From contig JBFLZX010000002.1 in the NCBI GenBank assembly GCA_040756075.1, forward strand, positions 1-49,072: 49,072 nt of DNA. Reading direction: 5' to 3'. Source of the DNA: Patescibacteria group bacterium (GTDB lineage Bacteria; Patescibacteriota; JABMPQ01; JBFLZX01). Shown here in pieces: positions 16,372-23,636 of the stretch. The notes under the pieces were generated by a model that worked only from the letters and a program-made list of their open reading frames with translations, searched no databases and was not told the DNA's origin. Each line of letters begins with the position of its first letter. Position 1 is the stretch's first letter. The translations under genes and the position numbers were made by a program.

Positions 16372-17142
16372 ATGAAAAAACTCATTTTAGCCGCAGTTGG
16401 ATTACTTTTAATCTTTCCAACTTTAACATTCGCAAGTGGTTACAATTCTTGGACAAGGCAGCGTCTTGGGCCAAGTACAGGTTATGGTGAGCCAAAAATG
16501 TCGGCTAACGGAAAATATATGGTTGTTCAAAAGATGGCAGGGCCGATTCATACCGGCACTTTTTGGTTTTTTAAGGTAAAGGGCGCAAAACCTCTTTGGC
16601 GCTATAAAGGAAGCAAAATTTTTGATTTAGCAATTTCCAAAAAAGGGGATTATGTTGCCGCGGTTGGCAGTAAGATTCAGCTTTTTTCAAAAAAATCAAA
16701 AAGGCCGCTTTGGTCAAATAACTTGGGAGTGAGTGTTATGGACAGCGTAGCGATTACCCCTGATGGGAATTATATTGTCACCGGTGATCGTTTTGGCACG
16801 GTTTTTCTTTTTGAAAAAGGAAATAGAAATTCTATTAAGACCTGGCGCGTTTTTCCTGGTGAATTTGTTAACAAAGCGGTTATTTCCTCTGACGGCAAGT
16901 ATCTTGTAGTAGGTTCGGATCTAGGCGTTGCATTATTAGATCGAAATAAAAACAATCCGGTTTGGAAATATAAAACAAAGGAAGCAGATGGAAGCGCGGA
17001 TAGCATTTTACATTTGTCGATGTCTTCCTCTGGCAAATATTTTGTTGCTACGACAAGTCAAGGAGATAATTTGTATTTATTTAACAAAAATAAAAGAAAG
17101 CCAAAATGGACATATCATCAGGATAGTTTTCATCCTATTTAA
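16372..17142 (+). CDS. secreted PD40/WD40-like beta-propeller protein, 5' part (frameshift-split)
   Basis: Signal peptide MKKLILAAVGLLLIFPTLTFA. There are periodic blades of the type [ST]..G.Y[IV].. then ..P.W.. (SANGKYMVV, SKKGDYVAAVG, TPDGNYIVTGD, SSDGKYLVVGS, SSSGKYFVATT). Confidence 0.7.
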   Translation: MKKLILAAVGLLLIFPTLTFASGYNSWTRQRLGPSTGYGEPKMSANGKYMVVQKMAGPIHTGTFWFFKVKGAKPLWRYKGSKIFDLAISKKGDYVAAVGSKIQLFSKKSKRPLWSNNLGVSVMDSVAITPDGNYIVTGDRFGTVFLFEKGNRNSIKTWRVFPGEFVNKAVISSDGKYLVVGSDLGVALLDRNKNNPVWKYKTKEADGSADSILHLSMSSSGKYFVATTSQGDNLYLFNKNKRKPKWTYHQDSFHPI

Positions 17143-18049
17143 TGCTTCAATTTCTTCTGACGGCAAGTATATAACATTAGCAAGCAATGATAAGTATTTA
17201 GGCTTTTTGACTAATAGCAACGTGCCAAAATGGACTTTTGAATTAGACGGCAGACAGCCAGACGTTAGCCAATCTGCTAACGGCAAATACATTGCTATTG
17301 CTGATAATCTGGATTATCTTTATCTTTTTGATCGGACATATGGAAGTTCACAGCGGCCATTTAGAATTTATGAGGGTGCTTTTCCTGATGCTTTAACTTT
17401 AAGCAGTAAAGGAGATAAATTAGTTTATGATGAACGAGATTTGCATTATCAGGAAATTATCCCAGGTGTATTATCCGATTTGCAGGATAGAGCGGCAATT
17501 TATGTTAAGGGTCAAGATATGAATATACGGATTTTTGCGACAAATCCAGGCAAAGCAAGAAGAATGAATGTCCAGGTGCGGCTGTCATTGCCTACTATCG
17601 CTTGGTGGGAAAATATCGGCGATCAAGTAAAAAATGAAAATGATAATTTAGTTTCAAAAGCAATAAGTTTATTAATGGAAGGGTATGGCGGGGATACAAT
17701 TTATGACAAAACTTTTACTTTTGAAGCGCAGAAAAGCAGGACAATCAGCGAAACATTTGAAGTGCCGGCCTTAAACCAGCCAGACTGGTATAATTCTTGG
17801 TATATGTCTTTTTTGAGCGGAGGAAGTATTTTAATTGGCCGATTAATTGATAAATTAGGCGATGCTTTGGAATATGTTTTGCCGGATGTAATTGCTAATA
17901 CTATTACTGCTGGATTGCGAACAATGAGCGAAGGCGGAAACCCAACTTTTTATCCAACTATTGGTTTGGGTAAAGTCATTTTGTCTGATCCAGACACCGG
18001 CGAAGTTATAGATTCCGATACCTTTACTTTTGCCTTTATACTTTCGTAA
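16988..18049 (+). CDS. same beta-propeller protein, 3' part (meaningful coding only from about 17140)
   Basis: The blade pattern continues in the +1 frame (NASISSDGKYITLAS, VPKWTFEL, SANGKYIAIAD). The first ~50 codons of the called ORF overlap the 5' part in another frame. Confidence 0.65.
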   Translation: MEARIAFYICRCLPLANILLLRQVKEIICIYLTKIKESQNGHIIRIVFILFNASISSDGKYITLASNDKYLGFLTNSNVPKWTFELDGRQPDVSQSANGKYIAIADNLDYLYLFDRTYGSSQRPFRIYEGAFPDALTLSSKGDKLVYDERDLHYQEIIPGVLSDLQDRAAIYVKGQDMNIRIFATNPGKARRMNVQVRLSLPTIAWWENIGDQVKNENDNLVSKAISLLMEGYGGDTIYDKTFTFEAQKSRTISETFEVPALNQPDWYNSWYMSFLSGGSILIGRLIDKLGDALEYVLPDVIANTITAGLRTMSEGGNPTFYPTIGLGKVILSDPDTGEVIDSDTFTFAFILS

Positions 18050-18056
18050 AATTATT

Positions 18057-18092
18057 GGTGACAGTCACTAATCGGTAACTGTCACCTTTTTT
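18057..18092 (+). terminator. rho-independent terminator
   Basis: GGTGACAGT (18057-18065) pairs with ACTGTCACC (18078-18086), followed by TTTTTT. Confidence 0.7.
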
Positions 18093-18101
18093 GTAATTGT
18101 G

Positions 18102-18129
18102 TTGAAAAAAATAAAATTGATAGTAAAAT
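18102..18129 (+). promoter_or_regulatory. sigma-70-like promoter candidate upstream of mnmA
   Basis: TTGAAA (18102-18107), 16-nt spacer, TAAAAT (18124-18129). Confidence 0.4.
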
Positions 18130-18132
18130 CTA

Positions 18133-18170
18133 TAGTGACTGTTACAGAATGTGACAGTCACTATGTTTTT
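18133..18170 (+). promoter_or_regulatory. leader hairpin plus U-run (attenuator-like) sharing GTGACAGTCAC with the upstream terminator
   Basis: TAGTGACTGT (18133-18142) pairs with ACAGTCACTA (18154-18163), followed by tgttttt. Confidence 0.4.
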
Positions 18171-18201
18171 ATTCTGATGCCAGGCTAAATAGTAAATCGA
18201 T

Positions 18202-19536
18202 ATGGTTATAAAAAACTCAAAATTTGAATATAACAATTTTGATGCTATAGCATCAAAATTGTTAGCAGTAAAAAAAGTTGATTTTGGCCAAAAAATTAAA
18301 ATTTTCTCTGGGCGAGGTCGAAAAGTCATTGTCGCGATGTCTGGCGGAGTAGATAGTTCAGTAGCCGCAGTGGTTTTGAAAAGCCAAGGTTATGATGTCC
18401 GCGGTGTCTTTATGCATTTTTGGACGGAAAAGTCAAATGACGAGCTAGAATACCATGTTCAAAATCGTTGTTGCTCCATTGAGGCGCAAGAAATGGCGCG
18501 GAGAGTGGCCCAGAAACTTAATATTCCCTTTTACACTTTGAATTTTGAAAAAGAATTTAAAAAATATGTTGTGGATTATTTTATTTCTGAATATGAGGCG
18601 GACAGGACGCCAAATCCATGTGTGATGTGCAATAAGTGGATAAAGTTTGATTTTCTGTTGAGTAAAGTTAAGGCGCTCGGAGCTGATTATTTAGCAACCG
18701 GTCACTATGTTATAAAATCCGAAATTCGAAATCCGAAATCCGAAACAAATTCAAAATTACAAATTCGAAATTCAAAACAAAATGTCATCCCAAGCTCTTC
18801 GACTTCGCTCAGGACAGGCTTCGTCGAGGGATCTCATAGCCAAGAAATTATTTATAAATTATTTAAAGCAAAAGATAAAAACAAAGATCAATCATATTTT
18901 TTATATAATTTGACACAAAGACAACTTGAGCACATTTTATTTCCTATCGGCGATTATACAAAAATTCAGGTACGAGCAATGGCAAAAAAATGGGGTATTC
19001 CTTCTGCAGAAAGAAGAGAGTCACAGGAAATTTGTTTTATTTTAGAAAAAGATTACGGCGCTTTTTTGAAAAGATATATCAGAAATGTTAAACAAGGTAA
19101 AATTATAGATCAAAGCGGAAAGATTATCGGCCAGCACCAAGGTCTGCCTTTTTATACTATTGGTCAGCGGAAAAAAATTGGAGCATCTTTTGGACCTTAT
19201 TATGTTTTCGCCAAAGATATAAAGAAAAATATTTTATATGTAACCAACGACCCAAAAGATAAAAGATTGTTTTCTGGTAGTTTAATTGTTGAAAAAGTTA
19301 ATTGGATTTCCGGCGTTGCTCCAAAATTGCCATTTAATTGTGAAGTGAAAATTCGTTATAGGACCACATCTGAGCCAGCACAAATTGTTAAAAAAATAAA
19401 AAATAATTTTTTAATTAAACTTAAAAATCCTGTCCGTGCCGCAACACCGGGTCAGGCAGCGGTAATTTATAAAAAAGAAGAATTAGTGGGCGGAGGAATA
19501 ATTTTATCCACTTTTTACCCTCTTGATATTAAGTAA
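18202..19536 (+). CDS. mnmA: tRNA-specific 2-thiouridylase MnmA
   Basis: PP-loop VIVAMSGGVDSSVAA, then NPCVMCN, DYLATGHY, KDQSYFLY and a C-terminal beta-barrel region. The start is uncertain: ATG 18202 or in-frame TTG 18259, both near or inside the palindrome. Carries a ~130-nt in-frame repeat insert. Confidence 0.88.
   Translation: MVIKNSKFEYNNFDAIASKLLAVKKVDFGQKIKIFSGRGRKVIVAMSGGVDSSVAAVVLKSQGYDVRGVFMHFWTEKSNDELEYHVQNRCCSIEAQEMARRVAQKLNIPFYTLNFEKEFKKYVVDYFISEYEADRTPNPCVMCNKWIKFDFLLSKVKALGADYLATGHYVIKSEIRNPKSETNSKLQIRNSKQNVIPSSSTSLRTGFVEGSHSQEIIYKLFKAKDKNKDQSYFLYNLTQRQLEHILFPIGDYTKIQVRAMAKKWGIPSAERRESQEICFILEKDYGAFLKRYIRNVKQGKIIDQSGKIIGQHQGLPFYTIGQRKKIGASFGPYYVFAKDIKKNILYVTNDPKDKRLFSGSLIVEKVNWISGVAPKLPFNCEVKIRYRTTSEPAQIVKKIKNNFLIKLKNPVRAATPGQAAVIYKKEELVGGGIILSTFYPLDIK
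18231..18264. repeat. perfect 34-bp palindrome
   Basis: taacaattttgatgcta|tagcatcaaaattgtta, checked base by base. Both strands therefore encode NNFDAIASKLL. Confidence 0.9.
18714..18843 (+). repeat. in-frame composite repeat insert inside mnmA
   Basis: aaatccgaaattcgaaatccgaaatccgaaacaaattcaaaattacaaattcgaaattcaaaac is followed by gtcatcccaagctcttcgacttcgctcagg..cgtcgagggatctcatagc, a half copy of the GTCATTCCGAGCGA element. It translates as SEIRNPKSETNSKLQIRNSKQNVIPSSSTSLRTGFVEGSHSQ. Confidence 0.85.
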
Positions 19537-19616
19537 GTTTTATGCTATAATTAAAGTAAAGAATCGTTTTAGCGCTTATTTTTAATACAATTTAATACAA
19601 AAATACAAATAAAAAT

Positions 19617-20693
19617 ATGCAAAATCTTTTTCAGGAAAAGACTATTTTTCGGCTTAGTTTAGGTTTTATTATTTTAAGCCTGTTTTTTTTGCTTATTTTT
19701 GGCTTTTCTTTGATCTTAAATAAAGTTCAAGCGGCGGAGATCGGCGCCCCTCGTGTGGATTCGGATAAGGATGGGATTTTAGATTTTTATGAGGTAAATG
19801 TTTATGGCACAGATCCAAATAAAGCTGACACTGATGGCGATGGCTATCATGATGATATGGAATTAATGTGGGGCCATGATCCTTTAAATCCTAATCCAGA
19901 AGCAAAATATCTTCTTTCAACTTTTTCGCCTTTTTTGCGCACTTCAGACGCTTATGTTTCAAGACATTTGACAGTTAAAGGAAATTTAGTTGCCGACGAC
20001 ATTGTAAAAATCGCCAAAGATTTGAAAGTTTATGGGCCGGCAAGATTTGAGCAAAATGTAGTAATACAGGGGTCAGCTAATTTTCAGGGTTCGCTTTTTG
20101 CCAAGGGTAAGAAACCGCTGGCCATTAAAGATAATTTAAAAGTATCAAAAAATTTAATAGTTAAAAAAACTATTACGACAAAAAATCTTGTTGTTACTTC
20201 GCGAATGACAGTAGAAGATTTGACTTTAGCGCGAGGCGGCAAAAACCGGCCAGCAGTCGGCGGGGCGATAAATAAACCCTTAATTATTAGCGGAAAAAAT
20301 GAAGCCACCGGAGATTGGATAACAACAGGAAGTATATTTTTGCGGCAAGTGCCTGACGGAGGAATGATTTATTTTCCTTCGGAAGTGAAATTAAATTCCG
20401 ATGCCGTAATAAATTTCACTATAAATGCGGAAGGAGTAAAACTTAGATATAATAATCAGGAATTTACTTGGTCAGAATATACAAATCTTAAAATTCAGGA
20501 AATAAGTAATTTGCCGGAAGGCGACCGTTATCCGCTTCATTCATTCTTTTCTTTTATAGAAGAAAAGATTTTATCTTCGGATAATAAGATTATCGGATTT
20601 AAATATAAAATTTATACGTCAACGAGCGACGGTGGTTTGGATTTAACCAATTTTGCGCCGATTTCTTGGATTGCCTACGGCGTCGAGGATTAG
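19617..20693 (+). CDS. secreted protein with thrombospondin-type-3-like Ca-binding repeats and a repetitive beta-rich region
   Basis: Signal/TM segment, then DSDKDGILD...TDPNKADTDGDGYHDD (D-x-D-x-D-G pattern). Repeated [KD]L.V.G/K.L.V units follow. Confidence 0.65.
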   Translation: MQNLFQEKTIFRLSLGFIILSLFFLLIFGFSLILNKVQAAEIGAPRVDSDKDGILDFYEVNVYGTDPNKADTDGDGYHDDMELMWGHDPLNPNPEAKYLLSTFSPFLRTSDAYVSRHLTVKGNLVADDIVKIAKDLKVYGPARFEQNVVIQGSANFQGSLFAKGKKPLAIKDNLKVSKNLIVKKTITTKNLVVTSRMTVEDLTLARGGKNRPAVGGAINKPLIISGKNEATGDWITTGSIFLRQVPDGGMIYFPSEVKLNSDAVINFTINAEGVKLRYNNQEFTWSEYTNLKIQEISNLPEGDRYPLHSFFSFIEEKILSSDNKIIGFKYKIYTSTSDGGLDLTNFAPISWIAYGVED

Positions 20694-20747
20694 AATCGAT
20701 AAAGTAAATTTACAAAAAATTTAATTAAAGAAAGGGGGTGAGAAATT

Positions 20748-21305
20748 ATGAAAAAAACATTAATTATAGTTTTAGCAGTTATTTTAACTTTGGCAGCAAC
20801 AACTGCCGTTTTTGCTAAGAGTAAAAAAGCAAAAATCTGGTCAGGAAAGAAATTAACAAAAGTAGTCAAATCAATCAGAAAATCAGTCACGACTTTACAG
20901 ACGAAAGTCGCGGCATTAGAAGCGTCAGATGCAGAAGCAGTGCTTACAAAAACTTATGAAGGAACAATTGATTTGACAGGTAATGGCGATAAAACAACAT
21001 CTTGCGAAAATAGTGGTGTAACCGTGACTTGTCATTGGAAAGAAATTTCAGTTCCGGAATTAGATTTAACGAAATCGCCAAATGTTCAAGTGTTGTTTAA
21101 GGGAGCGATAGAACAAGATTCAGCAAGAGAAGATTTAGGTGTGATAGATTTGCCAACAGGAGCATGGAGTAGTGGCGCAATGACAAATGCGGGAAGGGAC
21201 TCATTTGCTTTGGATAACGGCAAAGTTTATATTTTATACAAGGCAAGCGATGGCACTTCTCTGACTGACGGTGCTTATAAAGTAATTTTGACTTATAAGA
21301 AATAA
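20748..21305 (+). CDS. hypothetical secreted protein
   Basis: Strong SD (aaagggggtgag) 6 nt upstream of the ATG. Signal peptide MKKTLIIVLAVILTLAATTAVFA. Confidence 0.65.
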   Translation: MKKTLIIVLAVILTLAATTAVFAKSKKAKIWSGKKLTKVVKSIRKSVTTLQTKVAALEASDAEAVLTKTYEGTIDLTGNGDKTTSCENSGVTVTCHWKEISVPELDLTKSPNVQVLFKGAIEQDSAREDLGVIDLPTGAWSSGAMTNAGRDSFALDNGKVYILYKASDGTSLTDGAYKVILTYKK

Positions 21306-21380
21306 ATGAACCCGACCCGGTCTCGATGCACATCGGGACCGGGTATTACGAACGTCATAATAAAAAATAAATAGAATTTC

Positions 21381-21419
21381 AAAAGCGCCTTATAAACTTA
21401 CGGGGCGCTTTTGGTTTTC
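21381..21419 (+). terminator. rho-independent terminator
   Basis: AAAAGCGCC (21381-21389) pairs with GGCGCTTTT (21404-21412), then GGTTTTC. Confidence 0.65.
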
Positions 21420-21477
21420 TTTACTATTTTGTTATTTTAGGTTATTATAATTAAGAAGAATAATAATTATTAAAAAT

Positions 21478-21693
21478 ATGGGCGATTTTACTGATCCAAA
21501 ATTAAGGCTTCAAGAAGAACTTGATGATTTATATGAAGAAATTGCTCGCCGCGAGAAGCGGCAGCAAGAATTAGAAGAAGAGATGGCAAAAATTTCTCGA
21601 GAAAAAGAACTCTTAGAAGACGAGTTGGAGGAGTTGTATAAAGAAGAAGAAAGATTGAAAAGGGAGATTGAAAAAATTGAAGTTGAGGGATAA
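21478..21693 (+). CDS. small Glu/Lys-rich coiled-coil protein
   Basis: 71-aa ORF with heptad-like EELEEEMAKISREKELLEDELEELYKEEERLKREIEKIE. Low-complexity composition lowers confidence. Confidence 0.45.
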   Translation: MGDFTDPKLRLQEELDDLYEEIARREKRQQELEEEMAKISREKELLEDELEELYKEEERLKREIEKIEVEG

Positions 21694-21823
21694 TTTTAAA
21701 ATCCAAAATCCAAAGTTCAAATGTCAAATCAAATCTAAAACCCAAATGACAAATATTTTATTTTTTGGATTTTGAGCTTTGAGCTTGATTTGGAATTTAG
21801 ATTTTGACATTTGGGTTTTAATT
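21694..21823. repeat. AAATCCAAA-family palindromic intergenic element
   Basis: aaaatccaaaatccaaagttcaaatgtcaaatcaaatctaaaacccaaatgacaaat mirrors tttggattttgagctttgagcttgatttggaatttagattttgacatttgggtttt. Confidence 0.8.
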
Positions 21824-23593
21824 ATGTTTTCTTACGAACTTCGCACTAAATTTTTAAATTTTTTTAAACAAAAAGACCACAAAATTCTGCCTTCTTTTTC
21901 TTTAATTCCTCGCGATGATCCATCGGTTCTTTTGACTACCGCGGGAATGCAGCAATTTAAAGGATGGTTTTCGGGTATAGAAACTCCAAAATATTTAAGG
22001 GTTGCGACCTGCCAAAAATGTGTAAGAACATCAGACATTGAAGAAGTTGGAGATAAGACTCATTTGACATTTTTTGAAATGTTGGGGAATTTTTCTTTTG
22101 GAAATTACTGGAAAAAAGAAGCAATTACCTGGAGTCTGGAGTTTTTAACAAAAGAATTAAAGATTAATCGTAAAAGAATTTCGGCGACAATTTTTAGAGG
22201 CGATAAAGGTGTTTCGCGCGACAATGAATCATATAAGATTTTAAAAAATTTAAATTTTGACGATGATGAAATTAAAGAGAGAAATCGGCAGGACAATTTT
22301 TGGGGGCCGACGGGAAGCGAGGGTCCTTGCGGCCCGACAGTGGAATTTTATGTTGATGAGGTGGAGGTTTGGAATTTGGTTTTTAATGAATACTACAAGA
22401 CAAATCCCAAATCCCAAATCCTAAATTCTAAACAAATTCAAAATTCAAAATTCAAAATTCAAAAATTAAGAAATAAATCTTTAATTCCGTTAAAACAAAA
22501 AGGAGTAGATACGGGGATGGGGCTGGAGCGGGTTTTAGCGATTTTAAATAATAAAAAAAGTGTCTATGAAACTGATTTATTTGAATCTTTAATCTTTAAT
22601 CTTAAATCTAAAATCTTAAATCTAAAATCTATTAGAATAATTTGTGATCATGTTAAAGCGGCGGTGTTTTTAATTTCTGATGGTGTTGTGCCGTTAAATA
22701 TTGAACAGGGATACGTTTTACGGAGATTAATAAGGCGAGCAATTCGGCATCTATATTTACTTGATATTAAAAAAGAAAACATATTATTAGAGTTAGCAAA
22801 AAACGTTATTGAAATTTATCAAAAAATTTATTCGGAACTTTCACAAAATAAGAACAAAATTTTTAAGGAATTAAATAAAGAACAGGAGAAATTCGGCAAA
22901 ACATTAGGACGCGGTTTGCGTGAATTTGAAAAAATATATAAATCATTGATCATCAATCATCAATCATTAATCAATGGAGTCGCTGTTTTTCATTTATATG
23001 ATACTTATGGTTTTCCATTAGAACTGACTCGCGAATTGGCAAATGAAAAAAATATGAAAATTGATGAAGCAGGTTTTTGGCAGGAATTCAAAAGACATCA
23101 ACAAATTTCTCGCGCCGGCATGACCAAAAAATTCAAGGGCGGATTGGCAGAACAAAATCTAAAAACAACAAAATTACACACCGCGACGCATCTTTTACAT
23201 CAAGCTCTGCGCCAGATTTTAGGCAATCATATTAAACAGATGGGATCTAATATAACAAGCGAGCGGTTGCGCTTTGATTTTTCCCATCCCAAAAAATTAA
23301 CTTTTGATGAAATTAAAAAAGTTGAGAATTTGGTTAATCAGAAAATAAAGGAAAAATTAAAAGTAGATTTTTCCGAAATGCCTTATCAAAAAGCAATAAA
23401 AGAAGGCGCTTTTGCATTTTTTAAAGAGAAATACCCGGAAGTAGTTAGAGTTTATAACATCGGAAACTTCAGTAAAGAAATTTGCCGCGGACCGCATGTA
23501 AAAACGACTTCTGAACTCGGACATTTTAAAATTACAAAAGAAGAGTCTTCTTCGGCTGGAGTAAGGAGAATAAAAGCGGTTATTGAACAATGA
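21824..23593 (+). CDS. alaS: alanine--tRNA ligase, short form ending after the editing domain
   Basis: FSYELRTKFLNFFKQKDHKILPSFSLIP, TTAGMQQFK, WNLVFNEY, GVDTGMGLERV, editing-domain HTATHLLHQALR, and CRGPHV...GVRRIKAV at the C-terminus. ATG 21824 is preferred over the upstream start, which lies in the repeat. Confidence 0.88.
   Translation: MFSYELRTKFLNFFKQKDHKILPSFSLIPRDDPSVLLTTAGMQQFKGWFSGIETPKYLRVATCQKCVRTSDIEEVGDKTHLTFFEMLGNFSFGNYWKKEAITWSLEFLTKELKINRKRISATIFRGDKGVSRDNESYKILKNLNFDDDEIKERNRQDNFWGPTGSEGPCGPTVEFYVDEVEVWNLVFNEYYKTNPKSQILNSKQIQNSKFKIQKLRNKSLIPLKQKGVDTGMGLERVLAILNNKKSVYETDLFESLIFNLKSKILNLKSIRIICDHVKAAVFLISDGVVPLNIEQGYVLRRLIRRAIRHLYLLDIKKENILLELAKNVIEIYQKIYSELSQNKNKIFKELNKEQEKFGKTLGRGLREFEKIYKSLIINHQSLINGVAVFHLYDTYGFPLELTRELANEKNMKIDEAGFWQEFKRHQQISRAGMTKKFKGGLAEQNLKTTKLHTATHLLHQALRQILGNHIKQMGSNITSERLRFDFSHPKKLTFDEIKKVENLVNQKIKEKLKVDFSEMPYQKAIKEGAFAFFKEKYPEVVRVYNIGNFSKEICRGPHVKTTSELGHFKITKEESSSAGVRRIKAVIEQ
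22401..22467 (+). repeat. in-frame AAATCCCAAA/AAATTCAAA repeat insert in alaS (site 1)
   Basis: caaatcccaaatcccaaatcctaaattctaaacaaattcaaaattcaaaattcaaaattcaaaaa translates as NPKSQILNSKQIQNSKFKIQK. It lies between WNLVFNEY and GVDTGMGLER. Confidence 0.85.
22586..22631 (+). repeat. in-frame AATCTTAAATCTAAA repeat in alaS (site 2)
   Basis: ctttaatctttaatcttaaatctaaaatcttaaatctaaaatct translates as LIFNLKSKILNLKS. Confidence 0.75.
22941..22975 (+). repeat. in-frame CATTGATCATCAATCAT repeat in alaS (site 3)
   Basis: aatcattgatcatcaatcatcaatcattaatcaat translates as SLIINHQSLIN. It has the same unit as the element at the alaS stop codon (23590-23632). Confidence 0.75.
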
Positions 23594-23632
23594 TCATTAA
23601 ACATTAAACATTGATCATTAATCATTAAATTT
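23590..23632. repeat. CATTGA/CATTAA-unit element overlapping the alaS stop codon
   Basis: caatgatcattaaacattaaacattgatcattaatcattaa. The alaS TGA is part of the first unit. Confidence 0.75.
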
Positions 23633-23636
23633 TATA

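Noticed and set aside
18036-18329. 97-aa minus-strand ORF overlapping the mnmA start.
   Set aside because: Its only notable feature (NNFDAIASKLL) is the mirror image of the 34-bp perfect palindrome. The rest is low-complexity sequence antisense to regulatory DNA.
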